Translations under genes and position numbers: made by a program | Assembly (NCBI RefSeq): GCF_035594765.1 | Contig: NC_085844.1 | Coordinates: 171,074,107-171,138,106 of the forward strand | DNA length: 64,000 nt | DNA from: Anolis carolinensis | Taxonomy: Eukaryota | Reading direction: 5' to 3' | The notes under the pieces: generated by a model | Database searches by the model: none | Told to the model about the DNA's origin: nothing | Seen by the model: the letters and a program-made list of their open reading frames with translations, nothing else | Part shown: in pieces, positions 1 through 12,505 of the stretch | Layout of the letters: each line of letters opens with the position of its first letter | Position numbering within the stretch: position 1 is the first letter of the stretch

Positions 1-185
1 AGCTGTTTAGGACACACCGATGGAAGTTACGGCTTCCAGCTCATCACTTTCCTATTTTACTATGAGTATAAAGCATTTATTGCATGCTATTTGTACATAC
101 AAATAATGGGGTTTTGTACAATAGTTTATATAACTATATACATTTATATCACTATACAATTTTTATTATATGTATAATATACATG

Positions 186-475
186 TAGGTACAGGTAAAG
201 GTTTTCCCCTGACATTAACTCTAATCATGTCCGACTCTGAGGGTTGGTGCTCACCTCCATTTCTAAGCCAAAGGGTCAGCATTGTCCATAGATGCCTCCT
301 AGGTCACGTGGTCGGCATGACTGCATGGAGCACTGTCATCTTTTTGCCAGGGCGGTACCTATTGATCTAGTCACATTTGCATGTTTTTGAACTGCTAGGC
401 TGGCAGAAGCTGGGGTTAATAGTGGGAGCTCACCCCGCTCCCCGGATTCAAACAAGTTCAGCAACTCAGCAGTTT

Positions 476-479
<4 letters not shown>
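186..479 (-). mobile_element. Sauria SINE (Squam1 type), partial
   Basis: Reverse complement of the (ACCTTT)-type tail (ggtacaggtaaaggttttcccctgacatta) and core cacatttgcatgtttttgaactgctagg; similar copy at 52383-52697. Confidence 0.85.

Positions 480-543
<64 letters not shown>
478..543. repeat. (TC)n(CA)n compound microsatellite
   Basis: Directly visible. Confidence 0.95.
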
Positions 544-1924
544 AATGGTACCTAAACTATTATAATCCCTCTGTGCCCATTAGATAAGTCTTAAACCTGA
601 TTTCTCTACAGCATTTTCTGGTATTTGTACTCACACAAAACAGCAAAGTCATTATATATTGAAGTTGCAGTTGTGTTCTGCAGTTCTGAAGGGAGCAGCT
701 TCCAACGCACAGCCAACGTGACAACCATATTTCCCAGAGATACAGTTTTGAATGAAGCTGATAGGGCAGGAGTGAAAATGTGTAGCTTCTTCTGAGTTTC
801 AACCAGGCTCATTTATCATAGAGCAAACTGCTGAGCAAGTTCCTGGTTTTAATCTTATCTGGCCAGGACATTGCAATTTGAGGCTATGGTTGTCTGGAGT
901 GGGGGTGGGTATGATTTGTTCCTGACTGTAAATAGAAATAAAATAGAAACTTAAATCTTTCTGTTTTTTTGCAGCTACAAGGTCTGTGAAAGGTGTACAA
1001 GGTGTGGAAATCATTTAAACCAATGCCTTCGCTATTGTATCTAGAGTTATAAAAATATCCCTTGAGCATCCCGTGTTAGAAGTATTCACATATCATTCTA
1101 CAATATTTGTTTGTGCTGATTTTTGATAAAATCATATCAATACAATGAAAAATACACTATCCTGGCCAGCGATGCCAATAGCAGAATCTAGGAGGTACTC
1201 AGATACTAAGCAAGTATGTTATAGTGGCTTCATCTTTTTGGTGATGAGCTTTCCTGAATCAGTCCTCCAAGATCAGGTTGCCAAGATTCTGGTTGATTGA
1301 AAGGGTTTTCTTCCCCCTTCACATAGTTTTCTGACGGCCAGAGTGGCAATTCAAGGATAGTTTGGAACCAAATTCCTATGCCTCAGGCCTTTGCTTACTA
1401 TATCCTGCTAGTTTAGGATGACTGGAATTAGAAATCAATCGATAGTAGTAAGAATGGCACACTAATACCCATAGAAAGAAGATTCCGAGTTGTAACCTGC
1501 ACAATGGGTCAAATACGAGTAGGTAAATTCATAGTTCAAATACTAGGCTGCGAGCAATTCCTGTTACATTGTTTTAGTGATCTAGAGCTCTTAATACTGT
1601 AGTTAGGATATGGGGATCAGGAAACCTCCTTCTAGACTGGAATTTCAGATAGAATATACTCCACTGAATTTTTTTTGCTGAGATCCTTTGAGATACAACG
1701 TATTTGTATTGTTATTTCTGTTAGTGATGTCAGTATTGCCAGTACAAAACATTTAGTATGACCTTTCTCACCACGGTATTTCAGTAGTGCTCCTGCTAAC
1801 AGAAAATGTACAAAATATGACCGTTGTTTTCACAGTTCCATAAATACATGGAGGTATTTATGCTGGACTGTTACCATACAAGTTGCCAGAAGCAGCAGGG
1901 AAATACCTCCATGTGGTGATTTGA

Positions 1925-2107
1925 TGTTAGGCTAAGTCTCTGAGAGACTAGGGTTGAAATCCCTGCTCAGTCATGGAGTCACAATCTCTTCGTCTCAGAG
2001 GAAGGCAAAAGAAAATCTAGTCTGAAGAAATCTTACCAAGAAAACCCCATGATAAATTTACCTTAGAGTCACCGTAAATAGAAAACACTTTAAAGGCAAG
2101 CAACAAC
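1925..2107 (+). mobile_element. Old tRNA-derived squamate SINE with RTE-like (CAA) tail, degraded
   Basis: gggttgaaatccctgctcagtcatgg B-box region...aaatcttaccaagaaaaccccatgat...aaggcaagcaacaac; related to the copy at 20685-20921. Confidence 0.65.
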
Positions 2108-2163
2108 TTGTATACACACACAATAGACTAAAGAACAATGAAACATGTTAGCATTAGCAATTT

Positions 2164-2169
2164 TTTATT
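2164..2169 (-). terminator. Main distal polyadenylation signal AATAAA of NFIA
   Basis: tttatt on plus strand; inferred cleavage near 2149, followed on minus strand by GU/U-rich catgtttcattgttctttagtctattgtgtgtg. Confidence 0.8.
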
Positions 2170-5100
2170 TTCCTTTTTTGTTGCATAGGAAATGCAGTAC
2201 TTGCTTCCAGTAATTGTATTGTAATGTGAGAGGGTGGTAGCACTAATGGTTGAATACAAGTGTTAAACTAATCCACACCAGCTCAAAAAACCTGCAGAGA
2301 TTTAGTTTTTTTAAAAAAAGAATGGATGCCCACAGTGATTCTCAACCAATTGCAAATTTTTACAGAACACAGTAAAACTAAAATGGTAACTATGAGAGTC
2401 AATACAAGGATACTAGAGGCACAAGGGACCCGATTCATAAAAAGGTGGCGACACAAGGGTATTAACACAGAGGTTAATTGATTTTGCAGCAGATATTTCA
2501 CATATGTATTGGAAGAACTTTTGTTACATCAAATTGGAAAAAAATGAAACCAGGGATATTTATTAGATCTGCACCAGTGAATTGCTCAGTGTGCAAAGAA
2601 GCCAACCGTAGGTATATTGTGGCTATTTCCACAAACACATTTTGTAATCTTGAAAAATAACTGCAAAGCCAGTTTCAAATCTTTTTACAGCAGCAATAAT
2701 AGCAGAGGTACAGGTGAGAGATTGTCCATTCAGTCACATTGCTATATTTAATATCTGTGCTCTCTAAGCATCATTGAGTTGGAATGATACCTCTACATTA
2801 AACTGCCAATCTTCTCACTCTCCTTCGCATTTAAATTTATCTCTTTCTTTTGGAGAAGAATTGTTTACTGATCTGAGGCTTGCCACTCAATGCGAGTAAG
2901 GAAATACTTGGTGAAATACTAGGTTGTTAATGCTTTCTCTTATACTGCTTAGACTAGGAAGGGTCATGAAAACAAAATCCAGTAGATCTTCCTGTGGCCA
3001 AGAGAGTTTGTTTAGCAAGAGAGTAACACTTATACCTGAGCAGAGTGCAGAATTAAGGAAGCTCTAGGCAAATGAGCACCACCTAGGAAAATTTTCCTTC
3101 ATGTCAAATGATGCATGTACTCAAGTTATATGAGACAAATCTTGTTCTGCCTTCATGTAGAGCTTGAGTGGATGTGAAAATCAGGTCAAATCTTGGCAAC
3201 AGCAATGTGCTGAAGTTATATTTGCCTTAGAAAGAAAGAAAAGTGCCCAAATTTGGATTTAAAAATATACACCAAAATCCTATGTTAATGCCCAGTGACC
3301 ATTCATGAATCGGGCCCAAAGTATATACATAGTTTTGAAGGAAAAAAAATGCAACAATGAATGAAACTAAAGAGCCATATGAGGTTGGGTTTTAAAAGGT
3401 TCTTTAAAAGTTTGTTTCAATATAAGGAGGTCTGGTGTGAAGAAGGGTCAAACATGGGTACCTGGTTTGAATATTGTCCATTAAGAAACCACTTTCAAGG
3501 TCAGTTCCAAGCTTGAGGATTGTTCCTTACTTTGAAACTTGACGTCTTCTGAGATTGAGCTCTTAAAGAGTTCTTATGGATGCTTTAAGCAAAAAAAAAA
3601 AAAAAAAACAGAACAGAACAGAATAAAACCCTACCAGGCAAGGATTTTTTTTTTTATTTTGAACCCCATGCCTTCCCTCAAGAATAGAGAATGCCCCCCA
3701 CAAATAATACTGAATTTTAAGTTAACTGTATATCTTCAAAATACTGAAAACACCCAAAATCAAGAGAAAAAAACCCAGAAGTTGCGTTCTCAGTGAAATA
3801 TCTTTAAACCTATCTGACAAGAACCAAGTCAGGAAAAAAAACTAACATAACTTTGAGTAATATTCATACAGCTCACTAAGCATTATGGAATAGCATGCAT
3901 TAATATTGTACGGTTATTTTACATCACCTATATCAGAAGGTTCTGACAGACAGCGAANNNNNNNNNNNNNNNNNNNNNNNNNNNNNNNNNNNNNNNNNNN
4001 NNNNNNNNNNNNNNNNNNNNNNNNNNNNNNNNNNNNNNNNNNNNNNNNNNNNNNNNNNNNNNNNNNNNNNNNNNNNNNNNNNNNNNNNNNNNNNNNNNNN
4101 NNNNNNNNNNNNNNNNNNNNNNNNNNNNNNNNATACCAAAGTTGATATATTTCTTTCTTTTTTCAGATTTATATTAGTGCATAGTTCTCATGCAGATAAA
4201 CACTGCTATGCATTTACATTGTTGGAAAGCAGAGTGAATTGAGCCCAAGTTGTCACATTTTTGTAAATCNNNNNNNNNNNNNNNNNNNNNNNNNNNNNNN
4301 NNNNNNNNNNNNNNNNNNNNNNNNNNNNNNNNNNNNNNNNNNNNNNNNNNNNNNNNNNNNNNNNNNNNNNNNNNNNNNNNNNNNNNNNNNNNNNNNNNNN
4401 NNNNNNNNNNNNNNNNNNNNNNNNNNNNNNNNNNNNNNNNNNNNNNNNNATGTACTCGATACTAATTAGACTATTGCACAGCCTTGGACTTGATGGTGGC
4501 ATAGCTGGGTTTTACTGTCAAACAGTAATACATGCACTGACTTCAAGACAAAATTGGCTTTCTATGCTTGATTTAATGGAAACCTTGCCTGGTAGGCAGA
4601 GTTCACTTCATGAGATCTCCAATAGGTTTCATGAAAGATTGGTTTGGTTTAGGTGCCATTGAAGCTCTCCTTCCATTTCTATGCCGGTTGTGGTTTGCAA
4701 TGTTTGTTCTATGGAGGCCTTCTACCAAAGTAAAATTATTATTATTATTATTTTAAAAAGAAGATATTTCCAGAGACACAATGCAAAGTATAATAGTAAG
4801 TGACATTTTTTAAAAAAAACACAAGGGGCAAAAAAGCGGTTTCATGTTATGTATTTGGGGTTTTCATTGTGTATATGTGTACGGTAAATGTTAACACTGT
4901 CACTACAAAGCTGCAAAATATATAGAACGAAAAGGATAGAGTGAAAGAAAACCAGGTAGAGGGATTTTGCATATTCCTGTGGGCTGACTGAATACTGTGG
5001 AGCTGGAAAAGGTTCTATTCCTTTACTCTTCAACTTTCCAAAGAGAAGAAGGAGAATATAGACAAGGTATACTCATGGGTGATATTGGCCTATCATTTAA

Positions 5101-7919
5101 AATATATATATAAGATGAATAATTACAATATTGCAGGGGTGTGCAGAATAATAGTAATAAGCTAGAGTCCTATTTTGAAAAAGGGTCAGGGGAATAATAA
5201 TAATAATAATAACAATAATAAAAAGCTATTTTCGGTAGTGTCAATTCCAAGTGGGCTCCTGTTTGTGTTTTGTGTGAGGAAGCAGAAGTCGGTGTTGTGC
5301 GTTTGTCAGTTCCCAAAGAAAAAGATCAGAAAGAAAAATGGTTTGTACAAAGGATGAAAAGCAATTTTGGAATGGGCAAGTGCGCGTGTGAATCTGCTTT
5401 CTAAGTGTGACCTGGGATTATTTCTCTATTGTCGACTGTACACCCCATGCCATTGTCTCCCCTCAGATCTCCGTTCTCTGCTCTACTTCGAGGAATAAAA
5501 CTCTGTTTGTTCTCCACACCTGAACAGATCTGAATTGCTGTGTTTCTGCATGATAATCAGATGAACCACCATTGAATTTAGTGTCTTTAATACTTTACAA
5601 CTCCGGTTGGTAAACACCCCTGACCGCCCTATCTAACATTTAAAGCCTTGAAAACAATTCATTTTGACTCAATTCCGATCAGAATTTTCCTAACTTTACC
5701 ATCTTCAAACTTAATATGATAAAACACCTTCAAAAATACAGCATATCTGTAATGTCCATTTACAATGGTTCTTCAGTAGCCTATACTTCTCAAGCATAGG
5801 AATATGCTATACTATTGAGAAAAGAAAAAAACAATAACTGTATTTAAATACATACAAAAAGGAAACAGGAAAGTTTTAAACTTAAATCCAGTTCCCAAAG
5901 GAAAAAAAGCAATTCTATGAATGCTGCCTTTATAATGAACAATCAGAAATTCCACTAAGCTAATTTGACAGAATTTTTTTCCTCATTTAAACAACATTAC
6001 AAAAGTCCTGCATTATAAAATAGGGTAGAATAAATCAGTGTAATCAATAAAACTATACAACATACAAATTACATCGCTTCTGCGTGGGCAGCTTTGATTC
6101 TCTCTCTTTGCGGCCATGACTATGACATGCTCACTAAAAACAACTATCTGCCCAAACTATTGCTTAGTTTGCTTTGTTTTTCTTTTTTAAAAAGGGTGCA
6201 ATTTTGTTGTATATACAACCAATTCACTGGTAATACCTTGGCTTATAGCAAGGTTCTGACAAAATGTTTGTCTAGGCTTTTTTTCCCTTCACTGTGAAGC
6301 ACTGAAAGCTGCTATTTTTTATCTTTTCTTCTTTTTTTAGTGCACATATGTCTTAATAAGGTAATGCCCTGCTAAGTGCTATAGGGAAGGCAAAAGATGC
6401 TGGCTAGTGGATGTGATACCATAATACTAACAATCACACAATACAACAGAGCAAATGACTACTCAACCACTTATTTGACATATATGAAAATCCAAAACAT
6501 TTTTTTCTTTAAATAGAGAATAACCAGTAAACAATTTTCAGAACTTGGAAGTTTAAAAACGTGCATATAAAAATGGGCATTATATACTTTTTATTGAATG
6601 TGGGTTGATTGCAATCTGCTAATAAAAATGGGTGTGGGATCTGAAGAAAAAGGGATTTCTTTTTTTAAGGCTTGCTTGTGAAAGGAACAGTTGTAAAACA
6701 AAAAAAATTGCTTGAAGCAGGGTTCAGCTTAGTGCTTCACAGTTTGACTGCTTCTCTAAGAAGAGCCCTTCCTGCGTGTGCATTCAAAAAAAAAATCACA
6801 ACAAAAAAGTACAAAGACAAACACCTAAAACACACTGCATCAATTGCAGCACCGACTTTGGTCAAATAAAAAAAGGTCAAAAGAAAAATCAAGAATTGCT
6901 AAGCTTTTCTTCTACATGATATAAGCAGGTATTGCATATTTTCATATATCTGGGAGAAAAAAATAAAAACAAAACAAGAGGAAGACTCCAAATAAAATGT
7001 AAAATGCAGCAACATCAAAAATACTGATAATCTAGCATCTACAGATCTTAGAATAGCACTGCCACTGACCATACAGGACAAGAAAACACTACCCCTATCT
7101 GTGGAACAACTAACGCTCTACTCAGTTCTAAGATGCTGAAACTGACAATGGCTGACATAAAAGTCACATTTACAAAAAAGTGTCTCCAAATGCTTGACTA
7201 GGGAGAAAAAACCCCTTTCAATATAGGAACATGTGCAACAATTCCACAAATAATCGCTATCCAGGGCAAGGCACATTGATATGGAATTCTTTTTTTTTTG
7301 TTTCGTGCAAATCAAGAAAACAAAACAAAAAAAAATAGTTTTAGGGAAAAGATGAGGAGCAAAGTGTCTTCCCAAGAAATTCAGTTTACTTGATTGTATA
7401 GGACAGTAGTAGAAACCCTTNNNNNNNNNNNNNNNNNNNNNNNNNNNNNNNNNNNNNNNNNNNNNNNNNNNNNNNNNNNNNNNNNNNNNNNNNNNNNNNN
7501 NNNNNNNNNNNNNNNNNNNNNNNNNNNNNNNNNNNNNNNNNNNNNNNNNNNNNNNNNNNNNNNNNNNNNNNNNNNNNNNNNNNNNNNNNNNNNNNNNNNN
7601 NNNNNNNNNNNNNNNNCTTAAAGTTGCATGGGAAGCAAAGGGGTGCTCCGCTGTCTGATAGAAAAAAATCTCTTGCATTTTTTTGCTGTTTTTTTTCCTC
7701 CTTTTCCTTTTTTTCTTTTTTGTACATAAGATACAGGACATTTGGGGTCCAAACTCTTCTTCTTCATCATCTTTTGTTTTGTTTAAGCAAGTGTCCTTGC
7801 CTCAAACTGGCACAAGATACATAATCAGCATTTTGCTTCTGTATTGCTGCCTTTGCAGTCCAGGAAAAAATAAAGCCAGTTCAGGGACACAAAGGGGTTC
7901 TACGTTCTGGACAGCTCTG

Positions 7920-7922
<3 letters not shown>

Positions 7923-7976
<54 letters not shown>
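7923..7976. repeat. (TTA)n microsatellite in the NFIA 3'UTR
   Basis: Directly visible. Confidence 0.95.
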
Positions 7977-7977
<1 letters not shown>

Positions 7978-9300
7978 CTCAAGGGCCACGATCCAATGCA
8001 GGGAGAGGCAGGCTTAAAGCCGTTTGTTCCAAAGGGCTTAAGCACACCTACTTCCGTGCTGGGTTGTGTCCAAGGGATTCTGAGAAGTGATATACCCTAT
8101 ATTGCCGGAAACACAAATGATTTGTCAGAATTGGCATAATTTATTATAGTGACTTTTAGCTTATAAAATTAACAGATATTATGATTTAATTTTAATTATG
8201 TGCTTTGATAACAGAAAATGATTAATTAGCANNNNNNNNNNNNNNNNNNNNNNNNNNNNNNNNNNNNNNNNNNNNNNNNNNNNNNNNNNNNNNNNNNNNN
8301 NNNNNNNNNNNNNNNNNNNNNNNNNNNNNNNNNNNNNNNNNNNNNNNNNNNNNNNNNNNNNNNNNNNNNNNNNNNNNNNNNNNNNNNNNNNNNNNNNNNN
8401 NNNNNNNNNNNNNNNNNNNNNNNNNNNNNNNNNNNNNNNNNNNNNNNNNNNNNNNNNNNNNNNNNNNNNNNNNNNNNNNNNNNNNNNNNNNNNNNNNNNN
8501 NNNNNNNNNNNNNNNNNNNNNNNNNNNNNNNNTCTATCAAAACAGACCAACTTCCCCATCTCCATGTGAATTTTATGTCATTGTTGAAAATTGTTACAAA
8601 TGCTTTATGTAAGTGCAGCATTTAAACCCTTTTTTCTATTTCACGTAAACAGCAGTAGGTTGATCTTTCATATTTCTCTGCAACTTGGGTGGAAAATCAA
8701 CTTGTTGATAATGTTCTTATGATTCATGTCATACATCTAACTAACCGCAGACTGCAATTAAAAAAAAAGAACTGATATGTTACAGAAAAAAACAAAAAGC
8801 AAAACCCAACCCCCAGGTCTGTCCTGTAAATTCTGTATTGCAGAATTCAGCTACTGCAAAAGTTATCATTTAATGTGTGTTCCTTGTGATTTCTCAAGAA
8901 GTCTCACACCTGTATGGGGAAAAAATCAGTGAAAATACTGTAAAACAGGCGCCATATGGAAAGTGTTATAACAGCAAGTCAGTAAGCAGCCAGAAGGCTG
9001 GCTCTACTACCAGTGTCCCTAATGCTTACACTACCAATTGAACACTTCAAGAAGTATGAAGCCCAAACATTTCCAGCACCATATGAGAAATTACATCGGT
9101 CACTAAGGTGTTCTTATTTTTTTTTTTGTTGAAAAAAAATCCCCCTCATCCCCATGCCCCCGAACAATGTTACGGCCTTTGTTGATCAACCATAACTTTC
9201 GCCATTTTTTTGAAGATAAGCAGTTGTTTGCTATCAGTATCTGTTCATCTTCCCTTCCACAGAGGTGAAGTAACTGCACTGCATTGCGGCTGCTTCCATG

Positions 9301-9377
9301 TTACAGAGTTGGGAAGGAGTCAGGTGGTCGGTCTGGCAGATGGTGGGAAGCTGTGAGTTTTATCCCAGGTACCAGGA
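9301..9377 (-). CDS. NFIA: NFIA last exon, alternative frame used when the penultimate exon is skipped: (I)[24 protein letters not shown]-stop
   Basis: Frame is open for 25 codons to TAA at 9303-9301; closely resembles the recalled mammalian alternative C-terminus [25 protein letters not shown], with the same length. Confidence 0.8.
9360..9377 (-). CDS. NFIA: Nuclear factor I/A, last coding exon (canonical frame SWYLG-stop)
   Basis: Minus strand reads polypyrimidine tract ...cctccttgcAG|TCC TGG TAC CTG GGA TAA (S-W-Y-L-G-stop), the NFIA/NFIB C-terminus. The TAA stop and downstream sequence (cccaccatc..ccagac.gaccacctgac..cttc.caactctgtaacatgg) match recalled NFIA rather than NFIB. Confidence 0.93.
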   Translation of the reverse strand, partial: SWYLG

Positions 9378-9655
9378 CTGCAAGGAGGAAAAAAAAGGGA
9401 AAAGAAAGAATGGTTAGTATGTGTGGCAATAATGGCAAAATGACAGCAGTTTGATGCCTCTAAGTGGCATGGGTCCATTAATTATGGAATCAAATCAATC
9501 TGAACCTCACCAATATTAATCTCATCAATTTAAAAATTGCAGGGTTTCAGGAGATGTTAAAATGATAACACAGTATTGCAATTATGTAGTATGGATATAC
9601 TTTGAAACAGACACTCAGAGCTTGGAAAAGTTGTCTTTCTGACAATAAACTCCCC

Positions 9656-9752
9656 TACAACCTCTGAGAATGCCTGCCATAGATGTGGGCAAAATGTCAG
9701 GAGAGAATACTTCTGGAACATGGCCATACAGCCTGGAAAACACACAACAACC
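9656..9752 (+). mobile_element. Penelope-like element terminal fragment with decayed hammerhead core
   Basis: Homologous to 56776-56877; flanked by 13-bp direct repeat caataaactcccc (9643-9655, 9753-9765); core mutated to CTGAGAA / AAAAT. Confidence 0.8.
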
Positions 9753-9959
9753 CAATAAACTCCCCATTAGCATGTGTTATGGCTGGAGAGGATTCTGGAA
9801 GATTATTTCCCAACCTATTTAACCCCTCCCATGTATATGTGAAAGTGAAAGAAATCAGCTTATATATATCTTAGTTACAGTTCTACACCAACTTTCTTCC
9901 AATGAGTTTGGCTCATTAAGGCTACCTGAAAGAGTTTCAGTGTGTTGGCTGTACTACAT

Positions 9960-10093
9960 CAGTGGCTCCCAACCTTTGGTCCTCCTTGTGCTTTGGACTT
10001 CAATTCCCACAATTCTTAACACTGGTAAGCTAGCTGGGATTTCTGGAAGTTGAAGTCCAAAACACAAGGAGGACTAAAGGTTGGGAGCCACTG
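9960..10093. mobile_element. Palindromic hAT-type MITE
   Basis: TIRs cagtggctcccaacctttggtcctcc / ggaggactaaaggttgggagccactg; related to MITEs at 50339 and 61578-62003. Confidence 0.85.
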
Positions 10094-11904
10094 TTCTGCA
10101 CTATAGTTGTACATTCTGTAACACATAATCAGCATCACACTAGACTGTGCCTTCCTTTAGTGCGAAAGAGTATGCAGCAATCATCGGTAGAGCTGCAGTC
10201 ACTTCATACAATCCTTTTTGTGTGAACTTGCAATGTGTGAGGCAGAGTATTCATGTGATCTTTCCTACTAGCTAGAATACAGCAATGTTTTTCAGAGGTT
10301 GTGGAGGGAGGTATCCTAAATCTCATGATGGAATACCCCACGTTTTAGTGTAGAATAGCAGCTGGAGGGATTCCCTAATGCACCCTTAGTCCCCAGGGCT
10401 GTGGTGGTGTGCTTTGGTGTACCTCCGCTGTCTAGCTCATTCCAATGAAGGAGTAGGTATACACTGTGCCCTTAAGCCTGCTGTTGCACATCTGGGGAAG
10501 GAGTAGGAAGTAGTTTCCCTCAAAATCTTGGTCTTGTTTTGCAACCTTCTTGTTATGAAAGTAAATCAGGCACTAAATACCATAAAATGGAATGGAGTAG
10601 CCATGAATATTTTTCAGGGCATTTTCGGGTGTACCTTTGAAAGAGGTGAATGCACTTATTACCCCAACATTTGGAATATATTTCATTCCCTGTGAGCTCA
10701 GAGTAAGGACTGACAGTTTATCCAAAAAATCAAGAAGTCACTCAATTCACCAATGTATGATCAGCTTACAGCATCAATTCTGCACTTAAAAGAGATCCCA
10801 ATGATCTAATTTAAAATGGTGACAAGAGCTTGGGAAACTATATTACAAGTTGGAGGAGATGCCATGGCTGAAGAATCTGGAAGCTATAGTTCAAATATGT
10901 TTCAAGTGCTGATCCTCCTAGTATGAAATGCTTGGGATAAGGCCTCACTGCTTTGTAGTCAAAGATCAGACATAATGGCAAATAAAAAAACAAACATTGA
11001 CAGTATCTTTACATCAGCTTTCAAATATCATGATTCAAGTAACTCCTTTGTTATACAATGGCTGCCAAAATTCTAATATATGGTTAGGATGTTTCTCATT
11101 TACTTTTTAATTTATTGATTTGCTTTGCCATTTAAAAATTGCTTATTGATTTAATAACCCCACCTTTCTCCCAGACTTCACAGACAAGTTGGTTTCAAAC
11201 TTAACAGCTTTCAATAAAAAACATAATAAATTACATGAAGTAACATAAAAATTAAACTAATTATACTATTAAACTGTAAATAGAAAAAATGAAAATACTG
11301 CACCAATAATACATAAGCAGTAAAATATTTATAGGTTCAACACATCTGCCCAATGACATCTCTAATGGTAACATACAGTAGTAATTTGTTGAAGGCTTGC
11401 ATCAATAGTGTTGGAATCACTTAAAGGGCCAGACTTAAAAGTGTCTTCAAAACAGAGTTTATTGAAACAAAAGGAAAAGGATGCAGGGATACTTAAATGC
11501 AGTTCCACTGGTCAAAAACTCAAAAACCCAAACCAGACCTGGTTCAAAAGGGTAAACAGAAATGTAATCCAGATCAACTGGATGCAAAAAGCAACAAATC
11601 AAACAAAGTGCTCTAAGGCAAAACAAAAAGGCACAGTACACAAATGGTTAACAGAGGGAGTTGTAAGAAAAGAAGCGTCTCAGCCGAAGTCCAAGGTCGA
11701 AGCACAAAGAATCCAAAGCAGCGTAGCTCCAATGTCTGCAGAAGCAGCATCTCCAGCCAACCCTGGTTCAGGTCCAAACTGCAGATCCAAACATGAAACA
11801 GGCAGCAGCAAAACTACAAGAAACTTTCCCAATACTCAGCACACGAACGCACACCAACACCTTGCCTTCTGCCAAGACCCCTTTACCCCTGAACCCACTT
11901 TTAT

Positions 11905-12321
11905 CTACAAACCATCATCAGAGGATGAACTGACGACCGCCCCATCACCATCTCCCACAGCTGCTCCCAGCTCTACACGTGAATTCCTTTGACTCTCCCT
12001 CCAATTCCTCCATCTCCCGTCAAGACTTAGATCCCCCCTAGAATCAGTTGGATCCCCTGATTGCCAGTCTTCACTCCCAGAGAACCCCATAAAGGTACCA
12101 CTAGTTGTTGGTGCCTCACAAATAGCTTGCACTTCTCTTATCTTAGTCCAATCCATGGTGCCTCCTTCTTCTCCTTCACTCATTGATCCATCATCCCCAG
12201 AGAATCCCTCAAACGACTCCTCATCTGTAAGTGCTGTAAGTATGTCCCGGATCCTCTTTCTCTGCTGCTCTTCATCAGATTCCTGCTCCCAAGTAACCCC
12301 TTTTCCCCTTCTGACACCCAT
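11905..12321 (-). CDS. LTR-encoded acidic ORF (138 aa; 188 aa once the nested insertion is removed) with FxGF motifs
   Basis: In the ORF track. In frame with 12322-12430 and 14323-14363 across the TSD-defined insertion; 50-codon repeat unit. Confidence 0.5.
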   Translation of the reverse strand: MGVRRGKGVTWEQESDEEQQRKRIRDILTALTDEESFEGFSGDDGSMSEGEEGGTMDWTKIREVQAICEAPTTSGTFMGFSGSEDWQSGDPTDSRGDLSLDGRWRNWRESQRNSRVELGAAVGDGDGAVVSSSSDDGL

Positions 12322-12428
12322 ACTACTGTCTGCAACATCATCATCCCCAGAGAATCCCTCAAATGACTCCTCATCTGTAGGTGCTCTAAGTATGTCCCGG
12401 ATCCTCTTTCTCTGCTGCTCTTCATCAG

Positions 12429-12464
<36 letters not shown>

Positions 12465-12505
12465 TATTATTATTATTATTACATGTATTACATGTAATAT
12501 ATTAT

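Larger units (their letters stand above)
2149..9359 (-). other. NFIA: NFIA long 3'UTR (about 7.2 kb)
   Basis: Unique AU-rich sequence almost free of TEs. The end block (minus strand ...gcatttcctatgcaacaaaaaaggaaaataaaaaattgctaatgcta) matches the recalled 3' end of mammalian NFIA mRNA. Confidence 0.85.

Noticed and set aside
3906-8621. ORFs containing long X runs or poly-Leu/poly-Asn
   Set aside because: Artefacts of N-runs and trinucleotide microsatellites in the 3'UTR.
9656-9752. Hammerhead ribozyme near the NFIA last exon
   Set aside because: Catalytic core is mutated (CTGAGAA, and AAAAT instead of GAAAC) and it is antisense to NFIA.
11408-11992. 194-aa plus-strand ORF in the LTR
   Set aside because: Antisense to the LTR promoter and poly(A) signal, GTG start straddling the LTR edge, no recognisable motif.
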